A stretch of 64,000 bases of DNA, taken from positions 24,465,282 to 24,529,281 of the forward strand of contig NC_068989.1 in NCBI RefSeq assembly GCF_001194135.2, given 5' to 3'. Source of the DNA: Octopus bimaculoides. Its lineage: Eukaryota. The position numbers were made by a program, and so were the translations under genes. Of this stretch, positions 25,741 through 37,259 are shown piece after piece (within the stretch, counting starts at the first letter, position 1; every line of letters starts with the position of its first letter). A model generated the notes under the pieces. The model searched no databases. It saw only the letters and a program-made list of their open reading frames with translations, and had not been told where the DNA came from.

Positions 25741-27040
25741 GCATCTATAGAAATCCACACCTTACAAGATAGCAATCTGGGAGTCGCACCAATGGATTTC
25801 TCATGGTTGAAAATGCCTGTAATCAGCCATTTATTATTTTTTTATTTGCTTCCAAAGAGGTGAATTTTTGCATTAAAAATAATTTTAAACCATAACTTCT
25901 AACAATTTTCAGGTCGGAGAAATACACCAGCATTCGCAAACATGAGTTAAGTCCCCTTCTAGTGACAGTGTAAAGAGAGAGAGAGAGAGAGAGATAACAG
26001 ATTTTTAAAATTTCGTCTTTTTAGTGAGCTTTACACAATATAAATGATATTCTCCGTTTCTCCACAACTAATTTCCAAATTTGCTGAATCCATTGCTCTA
26101 CTCATAGCGGCATATAGCTGGTCGTGTGTGAACATGGGGTAGAGCAGAAGTTACCAGAGCAAAGATCCTAAGTGTTGACTNNNNNNNNNNNNNNNNNNNN
26201 NNNNNNNNNNNNNNNNNNNNNNNNNNNNNNNNNNNNNNNNNNNNNNNNNNNNNNNNNNNNNNNNNNNNNNNNNNNNNNNNNNNNNNNNNNNNNNNNNNNN
26301 NNNNNNNNNNNNNNNNNNNNNNNNNNNNNNNNNNNNNNNNNNNNNNNNNNNNNNNNNNNNNNNNNNNNNNNNNNNNNNNNNNNNNNNNNNNNNNNNNNNN
26401 NNNNNNNNNNNNNNNNNNNNNNNNNNNNNNNNNNNNNNNNNNNNNNNNNNNNNNNNNNNNNNNNNNNNNNNNNNNNNNNNNNNNNNNNNNNNNNNNNNNN
26501 NNNNNNNNNNNNNNNNNNNNNNNNNNNNNNNNNNNNNNNNNNNNNNNNNNNNNNNNNNNNNNNNNNNNNNNNNNNNNNNNNNNNNNNNNNNNNNNNNNNN
26601 NNNNNNNNNNNNNNNNNNNNNNNNNNNNNNNNNNNNNNNNNNNNNNNNNNNNNNNNNNNNNNNNNNNNNNNNNNNNNNNNNNNNNNNNNNNNNNNNNNNN
26701 NNNNNNNNNNNNNNNNNNNNNNNNNNNNNNNNNNNNNNNNNNNNNNNNNNNNNNNNNNNNNNNNNNNNNNNNNNNNNNNNNNNNNNNNNNNNNNNNNNNN
26801 NNNNNNNNNNNNNNNNNNNNNNNNNNNNNNNNNNNNNNNNNNNNNNNNNNNNNNNNNNNNNNNTATATATATATATATATGTATGTATGTGTGTGTGTGT
26901 GTGTGTGTGTAAGTGTGATTACAATATCTGTAACTTAGTACTAGTCTTACAAAGAATAAATGCCAGGGTTGATTTGTTCAACTAAAGGTGGTGCTCCAGC
27001 ATGGCTGTAGTCAAATGACTGAAACAAGAATATATATATA

Positions 27041-27350
27041 TCCAAATTGAGGGAGTAGAACAGCTAAAGTTCAGGCTACGTATGTTTCCTAGCAAGTAGA
27101 TCCCCTGATGCAATAATTCTTCAATGAGGGGTACTCAGCTAGCTCCTCATCAGGCCAAAGGTACCTTAATTATATGAAGGTTACAACTTATGATCCCTTA
27201 ATGACAGTGTAACCTTCATATAATTAAGGTATCTTCAGTCTGATGAGCAGCTAGCTGAGTACCCCTATTTGGGTAATTAATACATCAGAGGATCTGCTAG
27301 CTTAGAAACATGTAGGCTGGATTTTACTTGCTCCACTCCTTTAATTTGGA
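27041..27350. repeat. diverged palindrome (~145-bp arms, 22-nt loop) with decayed HHR motif in each arm
   Basis: 27041-27185 vs 27208-27350 inverted; plus arm CTGATGAG 27240...GAAACATGTA 27305-14; minus arm CTGATGAG 27153...GAAACATACGTA-GCC with GGC/GCC helix I. Confidence 0.85.
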
Positions 27351-27509
27351 TTTTTATTTGCATTTGTAGCAGCTCAAGTTGCTAATGATAAGCTATAAAA
27401 AATTTTTTCAGCTTATCGAACTTCGATATGGGAAAAGCCTAAAACCTTCGATGCCAATAAATTATTATTGTTCCTGAACATCGTTTTTTATACCTACCAC
27501 AGACTGTAA

Positions 27510-28960
27510 GGGTATAACAATTTCTTGTACAATCTGATTAACACTATGATTAGACCTTATCCTACTCTGCCAGATATTTTAAGCATTCCAACAGTAATTC
27601 CTGATGGAGCAGGGACTTTCTCTGCCTTCATATCCTTAATTGCTTTATCTAACATACTGCTGTCTACTACAATGGCTGGTTCTTCTGTTGGGTTCACATT
27701 GGGAAAACTGTTTTGCGCCCATACATACCTTTCATAGTACCACGTCCATGCCTCTTTCTTTTACAGAATTACTAAGTGCAAGCCTACCTTTATTCATTCG
27801 TTCACACTTCTTCTCTCCCACAACATCTTGGTTCTCTGATTCTCTGTCCTGTCATGCAATCCTGAACATGGCATATCTCTGATCATCATGCTTCACATTA
27901 ACAAACCTCTTACTTTCTGCTTTTCCCTTTGCTAAGTAAAACTGTCACCTATTTTCTCTCCTGGCAGCCTAATAGAATTCTCTGCTGCCCCATTTTTTCA
28001 GTATTTCCAAACTTGGCTCTTTGTTTTTATGACTCTGTCTACTTCACTGTTCCGTCACCAAGTCACATTTGGTCTGGCTGGAACTGCACCAGCCACAAAT
28101 TTGATCTGTAGCCCTCAGTAGGCTGTCCCACAGGAACTTCAAGCTATTCACTATGTTATACGTCTGTTTCTCCTTATCAACCACTGTGTAGCAGAGACAT
28201 GATTATCATTCAACCGATTAGGCTTAGATACCCTCATTTTGGCTCATTACACTGGTTTTCTACAAGTGGTCACATGACCTGGTCATGTAATGTGTTATAC
28301 ATTGATTGAGTTCTTCTGGCTTTATATGGGCTCTCATCCCATAATGTGACAGACCAGTTGAGCACAGGCAACTCTATGTTAGTACACTGGAGCCTACCAT
28401 CAGCTTTATAAGGAGGAACCTTTTCTGCTATTCTTCAGTGAGGTGGGATAGGTGGTTGAGTTCAGATCTCAGCAGAGAGGAAGTTTATTTCGTAGGTAGC
28501 CTCAGGTAACCTTGACGTGTTAAATCTGTTCCTGTCTTCTAGCAGAAGCCATGTTACATATTTGTTTTCTTGTTCTATCCAAGTAACAGCTGCATGAGAA
28601 ACTAATATGTATATTTTCTGACAGTATCAGTCAAAATGTATTTCAACAATTTTGTTGTGTTAATGCTCTTTAATAGGTCGAATAAATTGTTGCATTTAAT
28701 CCTACCTGGTTTTCTCATTCTTCCTTTATCTACATACATACAGTATATTGGAACTCAAACCAGCTAAATTCTTCAACCAACCATCCTGTTAAAGATGTTT
28801 CAACAAGTAATTGTCTAAATTTCTCACTATTCACTGGATCTTTAAGCTCCCATAACTTCCTTTGTCTAGACTGGTTATTTTGTCTCTGAGTCCTTTTAGT
28901 TCTAAGTCTGAAGTTGCTAACCACTAACCTATTTTGGGGGTGTAAATTCTTCATGAGAGA
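27510..28960 (-). mobile_element. LINE endonuclease-to-RT fragment, decayed
   Basis: minus translation fragments RKLWELKDPVNSEKFRQ and DKAIKDMKAEKVPAPSGITVGMLK typical of the EN/RT linker. Confidence 0.7.
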
Positions 28961-29388
28961 AGGACTTTACATTTACAATTATCTGTCAATCCTGTTTACT
29001 ACTGAGCATATTATCAAGTTTGTGTGGCCACCAGATTGATAGGTGATCAGGCGACTGGTTGGTTTCTTGAAATCAGTGCAGTAAATCATCAAACCATTTG
29101 CATTGCAGAACTCCCAAGCCTTGTTCTCTCCTATTTCTAAGACTAAAACCAAGCCTTAGTTTCCATATACGCTACGGAATCCATCAGATGGAACAAAACC
29201 ATAACCTCATGTGTGTGTGTGTGTGTGTGTGTGTTAGTATTGAAAGTGATGCTGTTTGTGATAGGGTGATGATGATTGTGGTGATAATGATGATAAATGT
29301 GAAGGCAATGATGGCAATTATGATGATGTTGATAATGGTAAACAGAATAGAATAAGATAAAAGAGTTTTAACATCAAGTGAAGAATTT

Positions 29389-29421
<33 letters not shown>

Positions 29422-29439
29422 GTATGGTGAAGAGGTCAC

Positions 29440-29612
29440 CTGGTCAAGTTACATAGGGTATCAGCAAAGCCAAGCACTACTGTACGTATACTAGAATTGG
29501 GTAAATTCAGTTCCTGTAATTCGTTGCTTATTGAACCAAAACGTTCAGTGATCAAATCCAGAGTGAGACATCCTCCAAAAATGTCCTTTGCAGCAGACAC
29601 CTGGGATGAATC
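29440..29612 (-). CDS. LRRC9: LRRC9 exon
   Basis: tgttag/gtgacc; 173 nt DSSQVSAAKDIFGGCLTLDLITERFGSISNELQELNLPNSSIRTVVLGFADTLCNLT+AG, resembling LRRC9 AKDLFGGRLT...SSIRTV. Confidence 0.92.
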
Positions 29613-29983
29613 CTAACAAGGAATAAGAAAGAAAAAAACGTTTAACAAAAGAAAAAAAAACCCAACAAATAAACAGTTAAATTATTGTGTGGTGTAACAT
29701 TTACAGTGATATGATTGGCTAATATTGTTTAGTAAACCACCATGACAACGATGACCACTACCACCACCACCACCACCACCACCACCACCAAATTTCATGA
29801 ACGAAATTAGTGCTTCTATGTAGTTGCTGGAAATAGCAGTTAAATCTCTTTCACACACACACACACACACACATATAATATATATGTATATATATATACG
29901 CTATATCCAGTAAATTATCCAGTAATTTTTTGCTAGTTTATTTTGTCTTCGTCTTCGAAAATGGGTGTTAAATGATAATAATG

Positions 29984-30026
<43 letters not shown>

Positions 30027-30149
30027 AACATAAACATACATACATACAGATATCATCATCATCATCATCATCATCGTTTAACGTCCGCTTTAAACGATGA
30101 TGATGATGATGATGATATCTGTATGTATGTATGTTTATGTTTGTGTGTG

Positions 30150-30223
<74 letters not shown>

Positions 30224-30864
30224 ATTATTATCATTTAACACCCATTTTCCATGCTGGCATGGGTTAAACAATTTGACTGGAACTGATTAGCTGGAGAGCC
30301 ACACCAGGTTCTAATGTGATTTGGCACTGTTTCTATGGCTGGATGCGCTTCCTAATGCCAACCACTCAGAGATGGCACCCATGCCACTGGCATGGTGCCA
30401 GTTGCGTGACACTAGTATCTGCCACAACTATGATTTCATTTGGCTCAATGAGTCTTCTACCCAAGCACAGCATATTGGTAAAGGTCTCAGTCGTTTGTCA
30501 TTGCCTCCGCAAGGCCCAATGCTCAAAAGGTGCTTTTTATGAGCCACTGGTACAGGTGCTAGTTACGTGACACCAGCATCGGCCACAACTACAATTTCAC
30601 TTGGGTTGATGGGTCCTCTCAAAACATATCGCCAAAGCATATGGTATGGCATATCACCAAAGGTCTCAGTCACTAGTCATTGCCTCTGTGAAGCCCAACG
30701 TTCAAAGATTATATATCTTGGGGTAGACATTTACCTGGCTGGCTCCTGTCAACCGTTCTATTTATGCACACATGGAAGATAGGACATTAAAAGATTATGA
30801 TGATGACACACATACACTCAGATATAATTATATATATATATATATATACACACACACATATATG

Positions 30865-31648
30865 TGTGGTCTGATCAATAAGTATCCAGACTGTTACCAC
30901 AGTAACGAAGCTAATGCATGCAGAGTGAAGCCACTTGGCACAGATTGACCTTGAACTCTGCTGTGTATGTGCTCTAAGTTTTAATATTCTAGCTCACTTC
31001 CACTGTTTACAGCAGTTCTTGGAAGGAAGGTGTGTAGTGTGTGATTGTTGCATTGACCACGACAAAGTTGAGCAGAGAATCTGCATCAAATTTTGGCTAA
31101 AGCTTGGCAATACCTGCTCAGAGGCCTACGCAAAGTTTCCAAAAAGTTTTCATTCTCGACACAATCAAGGAGATCTTGTGCAACTGAAACACGAGTGTCT
31201 TTTTCATCAGCTGAATCTGCACATCCCCTGATAATTCATGGACGGTGATTTGGAGATTTCTCCTCCCAGCAGCACACACATCTGCTGGTTGCAGGTCTCC
31301 CAGAATGCTTGTCACTATCAACATTTTTTCGGCCATCTTGGAAACATCTGAACCACTCGTACACTTGTGTGCGGCTCATACACTCCTCTCTATACACTTT
31401 TTGCAACTTTGCATAGACCTTTGAGCAGGTATCACCATGACCACTTTCTCTGTCATGGTCAATGCGATGATCACATGCTACACACCTTCCTTCCAAGCAC
31501 TGCTGTAAACAGCAAAAGTGAGCTAAAATGTTCAAACTTAGTGCGCATGCACAGCAGGGTTCAAGGTCAATCTTTGCCAAGCAGCTTCATTCTGTGTGCT
31601 TTAGCTTTGTTGCTATGGCAACAGTCCAGATATTTATTGATCAGATCT

Positions 31649-31650
<2 letters not shown>
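30865..31650. mobile_element. mariner-derived foldback element made of two inverted left ends
   Basis: TIRs GGTCTGATCAATAAGTATCCAGAC; transposase N-termini on both strands (EQRICIKF...; MSRTQVYEWFRCFQDGR...SGRP); ~270-bp inverted arms. Confidence 0.85.
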
Positions 31651-31679
<29 letters not shown>

Positions 31680-33768
31680 CAGGGATGTGCCACGTAGGTA
31701 GGCAAGGTAGTCAGTGCCTTCCTTGAATAAAATAGATCGATAGCAACATTTTCCTTTTATGGCAAAATATGTACCTAATTCAATAAAATCATGAAGGTTA
31801 TTCTGATTACTATACATAAAATGTAATATATTTGTTTTGTAGATTAGGTAGACATAATTCACACCTGCTTTTCAATCTCAGTATTTAAGCTACACATAGT
31901 ACTGCTGTAGTAGATATGCTGTGTACATTCCTACAACAATGTTTTCTTTACGTGCTATAAAGGCAGAAGTAAATCTGCCTTCAACTCAGTCACGGGCCTG
32001 TATTTCGCTTATTTTTTGTGTGTTTTCCTGCATAAAGGTTACCAACTGCCTACTGTGAGTAATTACAGACAGCACGTGCCTGATAATATAATGTATATAA
32101 TATATATATATATANNNNNNNNNNNNNNNNNNNNNNNNNNNNNNNNNNNNNNNNNNNNNNNNNNNNNNNNNNNNNNNNNNNNNNNNNNNNNNNNNNNNNN
32201 NNNNNNNNNNNNNNNNNNNNNNNNNNNNNNNNNNNNNNNNNNNNNNNNNNNNNNNNNNNNNNNNNNNNNNNNNNNNNNNNNNNNNNNNNNNNNNNNNNNN
32301 NNNNNNNNNNNNNNNNNNNNNNNNNNNNNNNNNNNNNNNNNNNNNNNNNNNNNNNNNNNNNNNNNNNNNNNNNNNNNNNNNNNNNNNNNNNNNNNNNNNN
32401 NNNNNNNNNNNNNNNNNNNNNNNNNNNNNNNNNNNNNNNNNNNNNNNNNNNNNNNNNNNNNNNNNNNNNNNNNNNNNNNNNNNNNNNNNNNNNNNNNNNN
32501 NNNNNNNNNNNNNNNNNNNNNNNNNNNNNNNNNNNNNNNNNNNNNNNNNNNNNNNNNNNNNNNNNNNNNNNNNNNNNNNNNNNNNNNNNNNNNNNNNNNN
32601 NNNNNNNNNNNNNNNNNNNNNNNNNNNNNNNNNNNNNNNNNNNNNNNNNNNNNNNNNNNNNNNNNNNNNNNNNNNNNNNNNNNNNNNNATATATATACAT
32701 TCTCATCTCTGCTTCTTCCTCCTTGTTATCTATTTAATTAAAGACATACCAGCGAAAACAACGAGTTTCCCATTGTTATTATATCCATTTTCTTCTCCTA
32801 TACACACACACACGCACACACACACATGCGCACTCACACATGCCCATATAGCCAGCCATACACACACACACACACAACCCCGCATCTTTATAGTTATATA
32901 AAATATAAAGATTATATAAAATGCAAGAGATACAAATAATATGACATGAAGCAATAATATAAAGACAAAAAAAAAATTGAATTCTAAATTACCTAGAGCA
33001 TAATAAAATATGCATTATCATACTCAAATAATAGGTATGGGTGCACCTCTTGCTGCACAGAATAAGAGGAAATTCTTAAAAGTCCAGGTAATATCCTTTA
33101 TAAGTTCCATGAACTGATGAGAATGGAATGCTTATATAGCCTTAGAAACACATTTTTTAGGAAGACATTAGTTAATTAATTCCCTTCAGACAACTTTCTG
33201 TAACTTTTTTCATCCATACCCTCTAATGTAGTTGGCATTGTAGTAGTCCACTACATCTTTATTCTATAAATAGTGAAATATATGATAGCCCAGTATATGG
33301 TTTCCAAACTCTATGTCTGTGACTTATTAGGATCTTTGTCTTGCAAGTTACTTGGTGACCCTACTAGTGTTGGTGCCAAGCAAAAAACATCCAGTCCACA
33401 CTGTAAAGTGTTTGGCATTTGGAAGGGCATCCAGCTGTAAAAACCATGCCAAAACTGACTTCACCTGTGTTGGTGCCACATAAAAAGCACTCTGTCCATG
33501 CTACTGGGTGGTTGGTGACAGGAAGGGCATCTAGCTGTAAAAACCATGCCAAACAGACACAGAAGACTAGTGCAGTCTTCTGCCTGACCAGCTTCTGTCA
33601 CTCTCCAACCTGTGCCAGGTTGGATGGAAGGCAGACATTAAACAATGATGATGATGATTATTATCCTTGTGTTAATGCTTGATTTTATATCATTTGGATT
33701 ATATCTCTCTATATTTTAGATTATAAAGATGTGGGTGGCTATATAGGTGTATGTGTGTGTGTGTGCTT

Positions 33769-33800
<32 letters not shown>

Positions 33801-33967
33801 TGTGTGTGCATGTGTATGTGCATGTGTGCGCATGTTTGTGTGTGTATGTGTGCATGAGTGCGTGTGTGTGTGTGTGTGTGTGTGTATCGATAAGTAAGAA
33901 TGTGGTGTAAATGCATAAGCATGATGTGTAAATATATGAATGCTTATATAGAGAAATATAAAAGTAA

Positions 33968-34010
<43 letters not shown>

Positions 34011-34618
34011 NNNNNNNNNNNNNNNNNNNNNNNNNNNNNNNNNNNNNNNNNNNNNNNNNNNNNNNNNNNNNNNNNNNNNNNNNNNNNNNNNNNNNNNNNN
34101 NNNNNNNNNNNNNNNNNNNNNNNNNNNNNNNNNNNNNNNNNNNNNNNNNNNNNNNNNNNNNNNNNNNNNNNNNNNNNNNNNNNNNNNNNNNNNNNNNNNN
34201 NNNNNNNNNNNNNNNNNNNNNNNNNNNNNNNNNNNNNNNNNNNNNNNNNNNNNNNNNNNNNNNNNNNNNNNNNNNNNNNNNNNNNNNNNNNNNNNNNNNN
34301 NNNNNNNNNNNNNNNNNNNNNNNNNNNNNNNNNNNNNNNNNNNNNNNNNNNNNNNNNNNNNNNNNNNNNNNNNNNNNNNNNNNNNNNNNNNNNNNNNNNN
34401 NNNNNNNNNNNNNNNNNNNNNNNNNNNNNNNNNNNNNNNNNNNNNNNNNNNNNNNNNNNNNNNNNNNNNNNNNNNNNNNNNNNNNNNNNNNNNNNNNNNN
34501 NNNNNNNNNNNNNNNNNNNNNNNNNNNNNNNNNNNNNNNNNNNNNNNNNNNNNNNNNNNNNNNNNNNNNNNNNNNNNNNNNNNNNNNNNNNNNNNNNNNN
34601 NNNNNNNNNNNNNNNNNN

Positions 34619-34675
<57 letters not shown>

Positions 34676-34680
34676 TATGG

Positions 34681-35037
34681 GTACAGGACATCACAAAATG
34701 TAAACAACACAAAATACAAAAGCAACATGAATTATGAAATATGAAGGCAAACTTGGGTATGCAAACAAAGAGAAACAAATGGAAAACAAGACAAGTAACA
34801 TAAAGAACGACCCTTCATCAGTTGTTAGCTGTTCTTCTAGTCCTGCTCGAAATGTAGAGTAGTTGAACAGCCAACAACTGATGAAGGGTTGTTCTTTATG
34901 TTACTTGTCTTGTTTTCCATTTTTTCTCTTGTTATTTGCATACCCAAGTTTGCTTTCGTATTTCATGTTGTTTCCGTATTTTGTAATTCATATCGTTTTC
35001 GTATTTCATGTTGTTTATGTGTTGTGACGTCCCGTAC
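34681..35037. repeat. inverted repeat (~155-175-bp arms), probably PLE pLTR-derived
   Basis: 34681-34834 is inverted relative to 34865-35037; both arms carry CTGATGAAGGG; the centre contains CTGCTC-GAAA-T-GTA; flanked by TA/CA microsatellites. Confidence 0.85.
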
Positions 35038-35750
35038 TCATATATGCATATATATATATATACATATATATGTAAGTATGTACATATATGTATGTATATA
35101 TGCATATATAAATATATATGTATATATCATTTATATTATTATATGATTGAACGCCACACGACCATTTCCAAGTAAGTTTATCTATCTATTTATGTATGTA
35201 TGTATGTATGTATGTATGTATGTATGTATGTATGTATGTATGCTTGTGTGTGTGTGTTTATATGAGTGTAGGATTGTGTGGGTATATATATGAGAGCATG
35301 CTGAAAAGTTCCTGGCTTTAAGGGTATTGCAAAAGACCTGGTTGGAGGCCCAACCTTCCAAATTCTTTTACAGGGCTTACCAAAACTGAAGGGCCACTGC
35401 AATAAGTGAGTGAATCAGAGAGGGGAATATCATCATCATCATCATCATCGTTTAACGTCCGCTTTCCATGCTAGCATGGGTTGGACAATTTGACTGAGGT
35501 CTGGTGCAACCGGATGGCTACACCAGGCTCCAATCTAATTTGGCAGAGTTTCTACAGCTGGATGCCCTTCCTAACGCCAACCACTCACTGATCCTCCTGT
35601 CTTTTCATATACCTAAAGCCAGGAACTTTTCAGCACCCCTACTGTGTGTGTGTGTGTGTGTGTGTGTATGCATATGCATGTATATTATATATATAGACTG
35701 TGTCATATATCTGAAAAAAAAAGCATGCTCTAAAGCATAGAGAAGTAATG

Positions 35751-37000
35751 TATTAAAAGTAATTAAGTTTATGTCTGGTCATAGAGTGATCAATGGTTTC
35801 GCAGCCTTAAAGGCCTTAGTCTCATGCACATCTCGTCAGACTCTAAAGCTGAAGACAAATGTAATTCTTCACCTTTGGGAAGCAGGAATCCATTATGGTC
35901 ATTTGGTCAATTGTCACCAAAGTATAAATAGTCTGGGGTCAGTGATGATGAGTTATCTCTATAAAATCAGATTTTTGTGGGTCAAAAGATGGGGACCAAG
36001 GTATTTATTCCTCGGGCAGCTTATGGATCATAAGGACCCTTCTGAGCTTAATTGGAGAACAGGGAATCCCATGCTTGCAGCGGGTAGTGCTTAAGATACA
36101 TGCAAGGACAGTAAATTTCCTGGTGAGTTTTCAGTGATTCAGGTTTCAGAGAGTCTTTGAGTATCCTTCGTTTAACGTCCGCTTTGAATATGCAAAGCAT
36201 GCTGCATTTGGTTCCATTAATGTGGGGGCCCAGCTGCTCTAAGATCCTCCACTCAATATTTTATGGGGTCCCTTCATCTTGGAGGCACCACACATGGCTA
36301 GCTAGGAGTGTGACGAATTGTCTTTCTGGAATTCTGAAAGAAGACCTGTAGTTTTACAGACATCACTTGAAAGCTGTCCCAGGTGACCCAATGTATTTCC
36401 AGGCCTGGGTGTTGGTTGCACTCATTATTAGCACATCCTCAGTTGGCTTTGGGCCTAGAGATGTTGTTGTCACCAGTGTTGCCGGGGCTGCTATCAGTGC
36501 TGTTATCATTACAAGGTGTGGCTCCAGCAATATCATTGTGGGTGCTATGGCTGTTGTTGCGGTGGTCATTACTGGGCTGTGGCATTGTCACTACTGTCAC
36601 TCATGGTGATGTGGGTGCTATTGTGAAACCTGGATCACCGAACACTCACTAGGAAATTTACACCTCTTGCATCCATTTCTAGCATGCAAGCATGGGAGTT
36701 CTCCAATTAAGCCTAGAAGGTTCATTACGATCCATAAGCCGCTCAAGGTATAAATAAATACCGTGTTCCCCACCTCTTTTAACCCACAAAAAACTGGTCT
36801 AAGGGAAATGACCCATCCTCACTGATCCCGGACTATTTATTCTTTGGTGACAACTGACCAAATGACTGTAACCATTCGTACACTCAGAGGTAAAGAATTC
36901 CATTTGTCTTCAACTTTAGAGCCTGACACAATGTCTGTGAGGCTGAGGCCTTTGTGGATGCAAAACCATTGGTCACTATATGACAGACATAAACTTAATT
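35751..37000 (-). mobile_element. truncated Penelope-like element: GIY-YIG remnant between ~400-bp inverted pLTR arms
   Basis: ~35751-36150 is inverted relative to ~36620-37000; the minus-strand spacer translates WKYIGSPGTAFK...YRSSFRIPERQFVTLLASHVWCLQDEGTP*NIEWRILEQ...CSMLC (PLE GIY-YIG endonuclease). Confidence 0.85.
35782..35845 (-). ncRNA. type I hammerhead motif in pLTR arm (partly decayed)
   Basis: helix I TAGAGT/ACTCTA 6 bp; core CTGACGA 35839-33; G10.1-C11.1 present; GAAAC-CATT-GATC with a C.A mismatch in helix III; the opposite arm copy keeps GGTC (36971-74) but has a broken core. Confidence 0.55.
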
Positions 37001-37259
37001 ACTTTTAATATATATATATATATGTAAGTGTATGCAGATGTGCCATATATGTATATATACAGATGTAAGTATATGTTTAGTGTATAATTATGTATAACAG
37101 TAAACAAATGTATATGTCTATACATGTGTGTGTGTGTGTGTTTATTAACATGGAATGATAATGGCAGTTTTACGTTTTTCAGCAACTCCATTGTCTGATG
37201 TTTTATCTTACTGATCTTCTTAAAATTGTTTTAGATGGCCTGGCTGCTTCCTACTGGTG

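Noticed and set aside
33114-33175. CTGATGAG...CCTTAGAAAC, resembling the 47.9-kb hammerhead
   Set aside because: No GUH after GAAAC and no helix I complement; at best a heavily decayed relic.
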